A stretch of 59,304 nt of DNA from an uncultured Spartobacteria bacterium (GCA_903858595.1 CAIOJL010000005.1:1-59304), one strand, 5' to 3'. Positions 10,856 to 20,876 are shown, numbered from the stretch's first letter. Notes: a model not told the origin generated them from the letters alone. A program made the numbers and translations.

Positions 10856-12682
10856 TTAATTCGCTTTAGCATAAATCAACTCCCCCTCCTCAGGACGCAG
10901 GGATGAGGTGTTGATGGATGACAAGAGTGCCTCCGCCGCATGGAGATCGCCATTACCTCTGAGGACGGCGACCCTGACAACTTTCCAGGGTTCCGGAGCT
11001 GCAGGCCAATTGATGATTTTCTCCCGATAGAGCAGAAGAGCGCCCTTCGGATCACCTGATCTAAGTCTGCCCAAGGCGGCGACACTAATCCGGGAGAGGT
11101 TGTCCGGTTGATCGCTGAGAAGTTTTTGGGCAATAGCCGCCGCCTCAGGGATATCTTCATTCGCAAGCAGCTTCAGGTAGGCCAGATCCCCTTGAGCATC
11201 GGCCATGGAAGGGGCGGTCGCCACGAGTTCCTCGTACATCGGGATGAGTTGAACGGCCGGGGCATTTCGCGATTGACAGCGAATCAGGCCTATCAGGCCG
11301 GGAATCTTAGTCGCTCCTTCGCGATCAGCCATTTCACGATAGGTACGCGCCGCCCGCTCGTAGGCTTCGATCTGTTCCTCGTATCGTGCGATATAGGCCA
11401 GAGTCTCTGCTTTTTCAAGGTGCAGGGCTTGTCCGACATTCCTCCACTCATCTTCAGCTCTATTCTGATCATTATTCATAAGGGCCACACGAGCGAGAAA
11501 GAGATGTCTGACTGCATCGGGAATGCCAGCTCCTGCGGGTGAATCGAGCATTCTGGCAACCTCCTTCCAATTACCCAGTAATGTCTCCGCATCCAGAACG
11601 ATAAGGAGCCAATCCGTATCCTTGAGCGGACGCTCGGAACCTGCTACTTCGATAATATCTTTCTGGAAGCCTCTGGCATTCATCCAGCGAGCAAATTCAA
11701 GCATCTCGCTCCGAGAGGTGAGAAGACAGGTTGATTTCAAGCGCTCAACGACCTTCTGTTTACCCGTAGGATCCTGAACAATATCCAGATCGGCTGCCGT
11801 CAGAGAATCCAAGAAAGTGTGCCCGGGCAGTTTATCAAGCGATTTGATTAGCAAAGAGATTTCGTCCGGAGAGAGAAGACCAGTTGATCCCTGAGAGGGT
11901 GTTAGCACGATCTTTGCCAGTAACCGCCAGGCGGTAAGTGAGATCTTCCCGTTGTTCTTCATCACTTGCATAAGCAGTGCCACGGCATTCCTCGGTCCTT
12001 CGTCGCTGTTTGCTGCAAGAAGATATAACGCCGCCTGCACCTTGAGTCGGAAGGCACTGGCGGTTGAAAAGGAAGAAGTCCGCGAAAGACAGGTCTCGGC
12101 TGCCTTGGTAAAGTCTCCTCCTTGAGCCATCAGCGACGCCTCGGCAAGTGTGCGCCGAAGAGACTGTTCATCATTCAGCTTAGAGGGCAGGGCGCCCAGA
12201 GCCTCTTTTACGACCTCAGGATGGACAGAAGCAATCTCCAACTCGGCGATCCCGAGAAGTTCACCGGGATCAGATTTTCTCGAACGCATTCGATCAAGAA
12301 GCTTGTTCATCGAGGGCTGATCTCCGGAACGGGCATTGTAGAGCTCAACGGCATGCTGGACGCTGAGACTTCCGGGAGAAAGGGCCAGAGATTGCTTGAG
12401 CAGACCGATTGCCATGGCATTATCCCCGATGGAAAAGGCTTTTTCTGCCTCTCCGAGCAGCATGTCGGATCGCCACTCTTTTGCTGCGTGGTAGAGCGGG
12501 GGAGTCAGAAGAATCAGCATAAGAAGAAGAACTCCTCTTGCTATCCAGCGAAGTAATTCGGAACCTTCCCGTCCTGCGCCCGAAGTCCCACTCCCGACCT
12601 GATTCTCTTCGGCATAGTCGGGCAGTTCGGAATGATACGAACCTCGTTCAGGCCCCTTATCTGGAAGATTCATCTCACTCAT
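10856..12682 (-). CDS. TPR-repeat protein, translationally coupled to the exosortase gene
   Basis: 608 aa with one N-terminal TM segment, then helical TPR-like repeats. Its ATG overlaps the exosortase stop by 8 nt (ATGAGTGA). Confidence 0.6.
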   Translation of the reverse strand: MSEMNLPDKGPERGSYHSELPDYAEENQVGSGTSGAGREGSELLRWIARGVLLLMLILLTPPLYHAAKEWRSDMLLGEAEKAFSIGDNAMAIGLLKQSLALSPGSLSVQHAVELYNARSGDQPSMNKLLDRMRSRKSDPGELLGIAELEIASVHPEVVKEALGALPSKLNDEQSLRRTLAEASLMAQGGDFTKAAETCLSRTSSFSTASAFRLKVQAALYLLAANSDEGPRNAVALLMQVMKNNGKISLTAWRLLAKIVLTPSQGSTGLLSPDEISLLIKSLDKLPGHTFLDSLTAADLDIVQDPTGKQKVVERLKSTCLLTSRSEMLEFARWMNARGFQKDIIEVAGSERPLKDTDWLLIVLDAETLLGNWKEVARMLDSPAGAGIPDAVRHLFLARVALMNNDQNRAEDEWRNVGQALHLEKAETLAYIARYEEQIEAYERAARTYREMADREGATKIPGLIGLIRCQSRNAPAVQLIPMYEELVATAPSMADAQGDLAYLKLLANEDIPEAAAIAQKLLSDQPDNLSRISVAALGRLRSGDPKGALLLYREKIINWPAAPEPWKVVRVAVLRGNGDLHAAEALLSSINTSSLRPEEGELIYAKAN

Positions 12683-14285
12683 GGGACTTTTTGGGGAGAT
12701 TCGGGAATGGTGCAGTGGTCATGGTCAGACTCTCCTTGAGATACCGAACAAGGGCGGCTCTGGCTTCGGACTCGTCATGCAGATTCCAAAAAGCGACCTC
12801 AATCATTCGCTGCCCCCTATTGCGTTTGCCTAATTTCGGATTCTCCAGTCTTTCCATCGGGGACTGATACGTGGCTGTGCTTTCCCCTACCCCTCCACCC
12901 TGCTCTAAGATGGAGTGAAACACATAGATCGGGTGCCCCTGCTGGCTGAAGAGCCAGGAGTGAAGCCTCACCCCTACACCCACACCGGAACCGATTTCAA
13001 AATCGGCCAGGGGTTTCTCCAAATGCATCCCCATGCTTGCAAGACAGACCTCCGGACTATGCATCTGGACGGACTGGAGAGCCGCGCGACCTGCCGGCCA
13101 CTGGAGGACAAAAACCTGTCCCATCTCGCCACCGGCACCAATCCACTTCTCCGAGAACCCCTGCGGGTAAAACAGCATGCGCAGTGTGGCCGGAGACAGT
13201 GGAACCTCCGAAACTCCTGCGCCTTGGGACCTCTGATGAATCGACCACTTCCAGTTGCTTCCGGATGGGAGATCATGCATCCGGAACCAGACCTCCGTCA
13301 GGATGATCGGCACCACCAGCAGGAGAAGGACTGCAGCAAGCAAAGCCGCAGGAGGATTTCCTGGACTTACTGGATGAATATTTCGCCTCATGCCTCCGGG
13401 CAGCTCGGATAGACGTGACTGGGAACGCCATAAGAAAGCGATCCCAAAGACTGTGAGAATGGACACCAAGAGAACGATGAATCCGGCCGGATCATGCCAT
13501 GCGGGGACCGAGCCCAACCCCTGTCTGGAAGCCAGAATTGCAAGGAACGAACTGCGCATGATATTTCCCGCCAAGGCCGCAATGAACGCCAGGAAGAGAA
13601 GTCCAAGTCGCCTTGCAATCGTTAACCGGAAGATCTCCCCGAAGAAAAGCGCCACCATCAATCCGCTCTGAAGGGAGCGGATTCCACTGCACGCCTCCTC
13701 AATACCCAGAATTCCCGAGGGGATGACGATGAGATTACCCTGCCTTAACGCCTCGTAGCCACACCAATGAAGGATCTCAACGGTCGTCGCAGTATTCCAT
13801 GACATCAGATACGACATCACGGACTGTTCGAAATTGCGCGGCCAGGGAACAGCGATCAGGAAAAACCCCACGGCAAAGGCATAATGCGTCAACCATACCT
13901 TCCCCCCGCGGAATATGATCAGACAGAGAGTGATCGCGACAGCAGCCAAAGCGGCTACTCCACCAAGGAGGCGCCAGTCGGGATTGGCCTCAGCCTCTGG
14001 AACAATAGCCGCTAGAAGAAGGGAAGCCGCTACCAAAACGATCCCCGTGACTAGTCGGATTCTTACTCCGAGAGGTTCGGAAGCAGGACAATCCTCACGC
14101 CGTTTCATCAGCAATCCAATCACAAGAAACGGCACGAGCAGTCCGTAACTGTACTGCGGATCTATCCTCCAGTCGTTCTGAACGATACGGATCACCTCAA
14201 ACCAAGTCACCCCCGCGACAAGCATGGAGAGTAGAAGGCCCAGACGGCGGGAGTTGATGTTCAGCATCTTGAAGGAAACGCCCAT
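12675..14285 (-). CDS. exosortase-family membrane protein fused to a C-terminal EpsI-like domain
   Basis: 536 aa. The N-terminal half is polytopic and carries exosortase signatures (EEACSGIRSLQ, NIMRSSFL, AWHDPAGF). The C-terminal roughly 200 aa contain the EpsI-type motif HSPEVCLASMGM. Confidence 0.8.
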   Translation of the reverse strand: MGVSFKMLNINSRRLGLLLSMLVAGVTWFEVIRIVQNDWRIDPQYSYGLLVPFLVIGLLMKRREDCPASEPLGVRIRLVTGIVLVAASLLLAAIVPEAEANPDWRLLGGVAALAAVAITLCLIIFRGGKVWLTHYAFAVGFFLIAVPWPRNFEQSVMSYLMSWNTATTVEILHWCGYEALRQGNLIVIPSGILGIEEACSGIRSLQSGLMVALFFGEIFRLTIARRLGLLFLAFIAALAGNIMRSSFLAILASRQGLGSVPAWHDPAGFIVLLVSILTVFGIAFLWRSQSRLSELPGGMRRNIHPVSPGNPPAALLAAVLLLLVVPIILTEVWFRMHDLPSGSNWKWSIHQRSQGAGVSEVPLSPATLRMLFYPQGFSEKWIGAGGEMGQVFVLQWPAGRAALQSVQMHSPEVCLASMGMHLEKPLADFEIGSGVGVGVRLHSWLFSQQGHPIYVFHSILEQGGGVGESTATYQSPMERLENPKLGKRNRGQRMIEVAFWNLHDESEARAALVRYLKESLTMTTAPFPNLPKKSHE

Positions 14286-14402
14286 ATCTGTATCTTCTTC
14301 CGAAGCAGTGGTTCAATCAAGGTGTTCAACAGCTGAAACATCCCACGCTTAGGAAATTCCTTAGAAAAGAGAGAAAACCACCCGTCCCTGGATCTCCCGA
14401 CG

Positions 14403-15890
14403 TTATCGCCCTCTCCCGAAAAGGACCACATAGAGCGTCTTCAGAAGAACCTCGGCATCAAGTCTGATCGAAAAATTGCGAATGTAGTACAGATCGTAAG
14501 AAAACTTCATGAGAGTGTCCTCGAGCGAGGCGCCATAGGGATAGTTAACCTGGGCCCATCCGGTGATGCCGGGGCGCACCAGATGCCGAAAATGGTAATG
14601 AGGAATTTCCCGTTCATAGTTCTCCACCAGACGAGTCCACTCGGCGCGGGGGCCGATCATGCTCATCTCGCCGCGCAACACGTTCCAGAGTTGAGGAAGC
14701 TCGTCAAGACGGGTCTTCCTAAGGAATGCGCCAAGTGCCGAGACGCGGGCATCCTTTTCCCTGGTGTATCCATCGCCCCGATCGCTACCGACCTTCATCG
14801 TCCGGAATTTATAGAGCGTGAAGAGCCGCCCGTGAATTCCACTCCTAGGCTGTGAATAGATGATGGGAAATCCGTCGAAGATCATGATCAGCATGGCCAC
14901 AATCAGCATAAGGGGACCTACTATCAGGAAAAGTGAGAGAGCTATCAGAAAATCCAGAAGGCTCTTAAGGGAGGAATACAGCGAATGTTCCACGAGAAGG
15001 AACTCCGTCTCCAGAGGCCATGCGGGCCCCAGAATTTCCAAGGGTACTCTTGACCAGTATTTTTCGTAAAAGGACCCCATAGTGTACACGGGAAGTTCAT
15101 CAAAATGGATGACCGCAAGCCGACTTGCAGTCTCGGTATCCAATGCATTCAGATCCGCAGCAATGACAATGGCTTCATAGCTTATCGTACTCTCCCGGTC
15201 GAGATGGGGAATGATATGGGCCAGATCCACGAAAGGGGACGGAGTCCCTTTCCCAGCGATTGGTTTCCCACGAAGTTCTTTGAGAGCTGCGATATAGTGC
15301 ACAATACTCTGCATTTTACTCCCTTCGTAATCGCGGTGAAAAACCGGCCCAAAACGCTCATCCACAATCACGAGAAGTTTTCCAGCAAGGCGGGATTCCG
15401 TAGTCCAGAACCAGAATAGGCGTCTCGTAAATAGTGAGGTAATCGTAACGATCACGAAGGACGCCGTAAAAATCCCCCTGCTCGAGGTGGGATTGGGGCC
15501 GAAGGAGGCCACAAAATAGAGTGCTAAAGCGGCGATACCATAAGCGCAGCAACAGACAATGAGGTATTCGCTGGAGAAGCGCAACGAGGCGAAGTCCGTA
15601 CGGATGCGATATGCTCCCACCAAGGAGACCGAGATCATCAGAATCGTGAATGGTAAGATAATGGAAAGAGGGGTGAGCACATTGTAACCCCCCGTCGCAA
15701 ATGAGATTGCTAAGTAGATAAGTACCCATTGCAGAAAATCACTCAGGATGAACAATGGGACCAAAAATGCCTTTCTTTTGGCGTAGCGGGTATTTCGCTT
15801 AGTAGGGATCTGTATTGAGGGCATTTGAAGCGAATCGGAAGGATCCTTTTCAGAATGAGAGGGATCTGTTGGATCTACCGAGTTATTCAT
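14403..15890 (-). CDS. polyprenyl-phosphate sugar phosphotransferase (WbaP/EpsB-type priming enzyme)
   Basis: 495 aa with N-terminal TM helices. The conserved bacterial sugar-transferase C-terminal domain is present (PIIYSQPRSGIHGRLFTLYKFRTM...DELPQLWNVLRGEMSMIGPRAE...RPGITGWAQV). Confidence 0.85.
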   Translation of the reverse strand: MNNSVDPTDPSHSEKDPSDSLQMPSIQIPTKRNTRYAKRKAFLVPLFILSDFLQWVLIYLAISFATGGYNVLTPLSIILPFTILMISVSLVGAYRIRTDFASLRFSSEYLIVCCCAYGIAALALYFVASFGPNPTSSRGIFTASFVIVTITSLFTRRLFWFWTTESRLAGKLLVIVDERFGPVFHRDYEGSKMQSIVHYIAALKELRGKPIAGKGTPSPFVDLAHIIPHLDRESTISYEAIVIAADLNALDTETASRLAVIHFDELPVYTMGSFYEKYWSRVPLEILGPAWPLETEFLLVEHSLYSSLKSLLDFLIALSLFLIVGPLMLIVAMLIMIFDGFPIIYSQPRSGIHGRLFTLYKFRTMKVGSDRGDGYTREKDARVSALGAFLRKTRLDELPQLWNVLRGEMSMIGPRAEWTRLVENYEREIPHYHFRHLVRPGITGWAQVNYPYGASLEDTLMKFSYDLYYIRNFSIRLDAEVLLKTLYVVLFGRGR

Positions 15891-16153
15891 AATGGAGAAG
15901 CAACTAATCTCTCACTTCTCCGGAAACAGAAAATCGACGAAAAGCCGGAAGCAGTGGACGAATTGAATGAAAAGTAGTTCATGCGAAGCGGACTCTACTC
16001 CCTTGTTAGGAGAGCACATCTCTATTAGGTAGAAAAGCGAATAACAAGGCCGGGGCGGCGTTGGCTTGGTACTTACCGCCGCTGCGGGGATGCTCGTGTC
16101 AAGCCGCTTTGTCCGCGGCCAGTTCTTCCCGCAACAGTCTCTATGCGATTTAA

Positions 16154-17353
16154 TCAGCGCTTCCTTGGGGAGATCTGCTCAGCTTCATGTAGCAAGATCG
16201 GAAGAAAATCCCAATGGAGTCCCGATTCTCGGGCACGATTTCCCTCTTCATCAACCCTCTCAGGATGATCCCGGTAACGTAGTATCGACGCGGCCAGTTC
16301 CTTCGATGCTCCGGAAGCAATCACATCTCCTATCCTGTTTTCCAGAATCACCCGGGCCACCTCGGATTCCGACGATCCAACAAAGATTGTGGGGCGTCCG
16401 GCCGCCATCACCCCGTAGAACTTGCTTGGCACGACCAAACCACACATCCCTTTCTTTATGGTGACAAGATGCAGATCGCCCATGCCGAGGCTCTCGGAGA
16501 GATTTGAGGAAGACTGCGAAGGAAGGAACCTGATGTTTCTCAAGTCGAGCCGGGTAACGGTATCGCGTAAAGTGATCTCCTTGGGCCCTTCGCCGACAAA
16601 GAGGAAGAGGATTTTCCTCTCCCCTTGCTCTTGAAGCTGACGCGCTGCCTCGATGATCGTGGCGAAGTCATGAGCCCTCCCCATGTTACCAGAATACATG
16701 ATGACGAATTCATCGCTGATACCATGGGCCTCACGAAAATCACTTCTTCCACGGCAAGCGGGCATGATCCACCCTTCGATACCTGCATTGGGTACAACCC
16801 GGATCGATCCTGGGGGTATCCCTCTCACCAGCAGGCGATCGGCCATGCAGCGCCCAACTGCCAGCGTCAGGTCATGAGATCTCAGGGACCATGTCGACAG
16901 AGATCTCAGGATATTCGCCAAGGGCCGGCCCTTGGGAAGCACCCCACACTCCTCGGCCACCTCCGGGTAGAGATCCTGAGCCCAGTGGATCAGGCGTGAT
17001 CCTTTCACCCATTGGATGACCGGTCCGACGACCGCCAGCATCGGAGGATCCGTCTTGGTCACCACGACATCGTGGCGAGGAAGCAGAAGCGCTTTGAGAA
17101 GTAGCCCGGGGATCATCAAGGCATAGCCGAGAGCCCGGGCTACGAGGTTCTTTTTAGAAAAGAGAATCCCGACACGGACAACCCTTATACCCTCGCTAAG
17201 CTCCTCTCCGACTGCTTCGCGGGAACCCGCCGTGGCGAGCACGGTGACATCCCATCCAGCTTTTACAAAACCACGGGCCGCATGCTGCAGCACACGCCCG
17301 GTCGCTCCCGAATCCGGAGGATAGACGCGATTGATAAAGAGGATGGAAGGCAT
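16154..17353 (-). CDS. glycosyltransferase, GT4/GT1-fold
   Basis: 399 aa. MPSILFINRVYPPDSGATG... N-terminus and a C-terminal E-x7-E-like region (GLVVPSKFYGVMAAGRP), both typical of GT4 enzymes. Confidence 0.8.
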   Translation of the reverse strand: MPSILFINRVYPPDSGATGRVLQHAARGFVKAGWDVTVLATAGSREAVGEELSEGIRVVRVGILFSKKNLVARALGYALMIPGLLLKALLLPRHDVVVTKTDPPMLAVVGPVIQWVKGSRLIHWAQDLYPEVAEECGVLPKGRPLANILRSLSTWSLRSHDLTLAVGRCMADRLLVRGIPPGSIRVVPNAGIEGWIMPACRGRSDFREAHGISDEFVIMYSGNMGRAHDFATIIEAARQLQEQGERKILFLFVGEGPKEITLRDTVTRLDLRNIRFLPSQSSSNLSESLGMGDLHLVTIKKGMCGLVVPSKFYGVMAAGRPTIFVGSSESEVARVILENRIGDVIASGASKELAASILRYRDHPERVDEEGNRARESGLHWDFLPILLHEAEQISPRKR

Positions 17354-17454
17354 GAAGGGGGAATACGACCATGTCGAGCGACGAGAGTCTAGAGTCGAAG
17401 GCTATTTTGGAAACAAACAAGTCACACCATCCCTCAGAGATAGGTGGACTTTAT

Positions 17455-17586
17455 GGCGCAGAGATTTTGGTGAAGGGCTAAGAGGAAGACCGATGGCTAC
17501 TTTTTGGTAACCAGAGGGATGCCGACAATGCCATGCGCCAAAAGAACCAGCCAGAGAGTACGCTTAATGGTGAGAAATGGTATCAG
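17455..17586. repeat. copy 2 of the dispersed 132-bp element (partner at 162-293)
   Basis: See 162-293. The SD-like AGAGGAAGA and ATG (17493) are conserved, but the mini-ORF has TAA at codon 6 (17508-17510) where copy 1 has AAA. Confidence 0.8.
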
Positions 17587-18040
17587 ACTTCCTGCCACCA
17601 ATATGCATGGATGTAGGCCGGGTCTTGGTAGGAGGAGCGACTTTCCATGCATCGCTTAAGTGAGCGTGGAGTTCTCCCCAGAGCCTTGGAGAGCGAGGCA
17701 ATCTGGGCAGCTAGAAAATCTGCCTTTTCAAGAATTTTACTCAATAACTCCTGCGTGAGATATTTCTCATCCAAGGCCAGGTAGAGTTGCGAGACAACCT
17801 CCATGAGTGATCCGTAAACTATTTCAAGAAAATGGGCGAAGTCGGCATCCGAGTTCCGCCCGGCACCCTCCGCAATATTCGAGGAAACCGAGATGGAAGC
17901 GCGACGAATCTGGGAAGTCAGTGCGTAGACCTCCGATGAAGGAAACCTTTTTGTTGCCTCGTAAATGTCTTTGTTCAGAAGCGCGCTTTCTGCCAGACAT
18001 CAAGTTTCTCAAACGGGAAGACCTTGGACGAAGGGTTCAT
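17583..18040 (-). pseudogene. four-helix-bundle protein (23S rRNA intervening-sequence protein family), frameshifted
   Basis: ATG at 18040 gives MNPSSKVFPFEKLDVWQKARF*, with the stop at 17975-17977. The family sequence continues in another frame as LLNKDIYEATKRFPSSEVYALTSQIRRASISVSSNIAEGAGRNSDADFAHFLEIVYGSLMEVVSQLYLALDEKYL... down to 17583. The pattern is consistent with a 1-nt deletion at GCGCGC (17981-17986). Confidence 0.6.
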
Positions 18041-18130
18041 TGCGATAGTTTAGAACATACATGCAAATTGATTTTCGCCAATCGAGCAGGGCTCCCGTTG
18101 TCCATCTGTGGCCAGTTTTCCGCCCGCCCT

Positions 18131-18745
18131 TTAGCGCTCGACCCTCGTCACTCGACCCTCGACTCCCCATGGCTTTACCCCATACAGAAGCCAGTACTCA
18201 GCGGTTTTCAGAAATTCGATCGCAGCGAAGCGATTCACATCACCCCTCCCCTCCGGCCTTCCCCACCATCCGATCGAGGCATCCGTGACTCCGAAATGAA
18301 TGTCCGGCATTACTTTCCGGAACGTGGCCAGAGCGCGGCGAGTGTGGAACGGAGAGGTCACGATCAGTGCCGATCGCACCTTGGCAGCTTCCAGCATCGG
18401 TTTGAGAAGGCTTGCATTGCTTTGGGTCGTGATGGCCCGCGATTCGACAGTGATCCTATCAGGTGGCACACCTCCTTCGAGTAGGATGCGGCGGTTCATG
18501 CCAAAATCCCCCCACCCCGTAACAAAGACCCTTGGGGCGACGCCTGCCTTATACAGTCGGGCCGCCTCCTGCGGACGTGCCAGAGGCTCTCCTCCAGGAA
18601 CGATCAGCGCATCTGCGTGTTCCATTGGTACCGATACGACCAGCCAATGCTTCCAGAAACGAGTGAATGCAGGCCCCCTGAGGGAAAAAAAAGCGAAGCC
18701 TATCACCATTAGGACCAGCGCCAGAATCGGAAGGCATCGTTTCAC
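18131..18745 (-). CDS. YdcF/DUF218 (SanA/ElyC-like) family protein
   Basis: 204 aa with an N-terminal TM segment. DUF218-type segments are present (ADALIVPGG, VFVTGWG, TTQSNA, LIVTSPFHTRRA). The last codons are encoded by CTCGAC-type heptamer repeats. Confidence 0.75.
   Translation of the reverse strand: MKRCLPILALVLMVIGFAFFSLRGPAFTRFWKHWLVVSVPMEHADALIVPGGEPLARPQEAARLYKAGVAPRVFVTGWGDFGMNRRILLEGGVPPDRITVESRAITTQSNASLLKPMLEAAKVRSALIVTSPFHTRRALATFRKVMPDIHFGVTDASIGWWGRPEGRGDVNRFAAIEFLKTAEYWLLYGVKPWGVEGRVTRVER
18137..18163. repeat. heptamer tandem repeat (CTCGACC-like x4) at the 3' end of the DUF218 CDS
   Basis: CTCGAC or CTCGTC occurs at 18137, 18144, 18151 and 18158 with 7-nt spacing. This encodes the ...VEGRVTRVER tail. 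Confidence 0.85.
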
Positions 18746-18855
18746 TCCCTTAGGAAAAGCTAAAAGCCAAAGGTTAAAAGCTCAAATTCCTCTCAGTCCT
18801 TTCGCCTTTCTTTAATTCCACGACTTCTCGGCACACGTCTACCCTCTGTTTTTAG

Positions 18856-18895
18856 CCTTCAACCCTTCAACCCTTCAACCCTTCAACCCTTCAAC
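18856..18895. repeat. perfect octamer tandem repeat (CCTTCAAC)x5
   Basis: Units start at 18856, 18864, 18872, 18880 and 18888. The last unit contains the acetyltransferase stop codon (18891-18893). On the minus strand it reads (GTTGAAGG)n, which puts TGA in all three frames. Confidence 0.95.
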
Positions 18896-19421
18896 CCCTT
18901 TTTGACATCGCGGGATTGCCGGAGAGAACGACATCTGGGCCGTCACTTCGTAGCACTACGGCACCGGCAGTGCAGAACGTGTTGTTGCCGAGGCTGACAC
19001 CGGGAGCGACAAAGACATTGGAGGCGACCCAGCAACCATCCCCGATGGTGATGGCCCTGGTAACGAGGTCGAAGTGTTCGGATCGGAACCGGTGAGATCC
19101 CGTGCAGAGGAAGGCCCTGTTGGAGATGCAGACATGCGAACCTATTGAGACCGGTGCCAGACTGAGGATCATCACCTCATCGGCTATCCAGACATGATCC
19201 CGAATTGTCAGCTTCCATGGGAAAGTAATGTTCACTCGGGACCGGATCACCACCCCTTGCCCGACCTTGGCCCCGAAGGCCCTCAATGCCGCCACCTTCA
19301 GCCCCGAAGGAACAGGGAACCACGGCGCAAAAAGCAACGAACGCACCATCCACCAGAGCACCTCCTTGATCTTCGAGGCCCCGCGACTGAAGTCGGAGTT
19401 ATCGTAGTGGTCGAGTCTCAT
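18891..19421 (-). CDS. hexapeptide-repeat O-acetyltransferase (WcaF-like)
   Basis: 176 aa. The N-terminus resembles colanic-acid WcaF-type acetyltransferases, and left-handed beta-helix hexapeptide repeats are present (IGDGCWVASNVFVAPGVSLGNNTFCTAGAVV). Confidence 0.8.
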   Translation of the reverse strand: MRLDHYDNSDFSRGASKIKEVLWWMVRSLLFAPWFPVPSGLKVAALRAFGAKVGQGVVIRSRVNITFPWKLTIRDHVWIADEVMILSLAPVSIGSHVCISNRAFLCTGSHRFRSEHFDLVTRAITIGDGCWVASNVFVAPGVSLGNNTFCTAGAVVLRSDGPDVVLSGNPAMSKRG

Positions 19422-19437
19422 GGGGATTGGTTCCGCG

Positions 19438-20242
19438 TCACCCGATCATCGTGGGCCAGCAACCACGCAGGGAAGGGTGATGAATTTGCAGGGCAGGATT
19501 GGTACGGATCCCTCCGAGCCTGCCCTGATCATCCACAAAGGCCACTCCGATCGGCATGTCTGGATTTTCATCGGCTAGCAGAGTCATCTCCTCCCGTGCC
19601 CTATCAGAGACTGCAATCCATTCTTCTTTCAGGGCAATCGGATCCAGCTTGCGAGCCTTGATTTTATCGAGTTCGAGTGGGTCAATCCGTGCAAACCTGA
19701 TCATCATCTTAAGGAGGGAGAGAGGATTAAATCCAGGATCCTTGCCACATGCGGCCCAGACGATGGCCTCCAGCGGAAAATGGCGCGTCAGCTCCACCAT
19801 ATCCACATAATCACGCGTCTCCATCCGAGCCGAGAGGGCAAGAGCCTTATTGGTCGCCATGTCGAACAGATGCAGCCTCCATCCAAGCACATCATCGGGA
19901 ACGATGGGAAAAAAAACAGAATGCCGAGTCATGAGCCCAATCCAGCTCCACCTTCTCATCCCCTCGGGAAACATAGGCCTTGCGAAAGGAGACAGGTTTT
20001 GACCACTCGGCTTCACGCTCCACCTTGCGAACACCAAACCCCGCAGACTCAAGTGATCTTAGATCCTGTTCACTGGCATTGACCAGATCCTCCACTGCCT
20101 CGTGGAAGAAATTGAAATCCCGCGAGAAACGAGCCGAATCTTCAGGGGCATTCAGCACAAGACCGCCAGCGACATGACTGCTCTCGGATCTTTTGCCTAC
20201 TAGGACAGCCATCACCTCTTTCTGAAATTCCGTCAGAGGCAT
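19438..20242 (-). pseudogene. AbiEii/AbiGii-family nucleotidyltransferase toxin (DUF1814-like), frameshifted in a T8 run
   Basis: ORFs 19892-20242 and 19438-20052 are the two halves of one protein: ...VELDWAHDSAF / FFPIVPDDVLGWRLHLFDMATNKALALSARMETRDYVDMVEL.... The frames switch at the A8/T8 homopolymer at 19909-19916, and removing one T restores a single frame. Confidence 0.65.
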
Positions 20243-20254
20243 GCTTGTGAACCT

Positions 20255-20491
20255 TTAGAGACTACGCTGCAACTCTCTTGCAGCCGACCACGCCTTCTTA
20301 TCCCCATACTCGCGAAGATGCTCGATAACTAACTTCACATCATCGGTGAAGTGCACAGTTGCCGCAGGATGCCAGAACCATAAACACTCAGAAAACTGCT
20401 GAACAAGTTCTGAGGCACGAGCCGCCAATTCAGGAGAAGCGGGCACCCGCACGGGAAAGGCTGTTTCTGATCCCCTGTTATTCATGCTCAT
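20255..20491 (-). CDS. small protein upstream of the AbiEii-like gene, putative cognate antitoxin
   Basis: 78-aa ORF ending 12 nt before the toxin start. The segment LWFWHPAATVHFTDDVKLVIEHLREYGDKKAWSAAREL resembles the 'LFWD...' partner proteins I recall next to DUF1814 genes. The assignment rests on context. Confidence 0.4.
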   Translation of the reverse strand: MSMNNRGSETAFPVRVPASPELAARASELVQQFSECLWFWHPAATVHFTDDVKLVIEHLREYGDKKAWSAARELQRSL

Positions 20492-20848
20492 AACCTATGA
20501 TAGCGTGCCCGAATTGACAACACTGGGCATCAAGGCAGGAAGGGGTTGGGAAGGAATAAGGAACCATCCAGATTGAAACGGCATAAGGGCCGAAGGCGGA
20601 TTGAAGGACTCATCCTTCAGTGAATGGATACTCTCGGAAACAAGTCCTACCCTACCTGCAACAAACAACGCTGTCAGCTTTGCTGGCCAGGCCTTTGCTC
20701 CGCAGCCGTTACGGCGCCTTTCGCCTTTAGCCTTCAGCTATTTGATGGCACTTGCCGCCCGGCAAGCTGTGCCACCCTTTTAGGTTCCGCTGACGCGGAA
20801 TCTTCCGCGGCGGTTCCCACCGCCTTGGTTGCCTTTCCCTATCTGGCC

Positions 20849-20876
20849 CTCGACCCCTCGACCCTCGACGCTCGAC
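20849..20876. repeat. CTCGAC-type 7-8-nt tandem repeat x4 just downstream of the 20893 gene
   Basis: CTCGAC occurs at 20849, 20857, 20864 and 20871. It is the same unit as at 18137-18163. Confidence 0.85.

Noticed and set aside
17807-18484. A 225-aa plus-strand ORF spanning the gap between the four-helix-bundle gene and the DUF218 gene.
   Set aside because: It is antisense to two recognisable minus-strand genes. Its composition is Arg/Ser/Pro-rich and it has no motifs, so it is judged spurious.
18856-18895. The octamer tandem array as a possible CRISPR or other spacer-containing array.
   Set aside because: The units are 8 nt, contiguous and identical, with no spacers. No cas genes are nearby. 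It is a simple tandem repeat.
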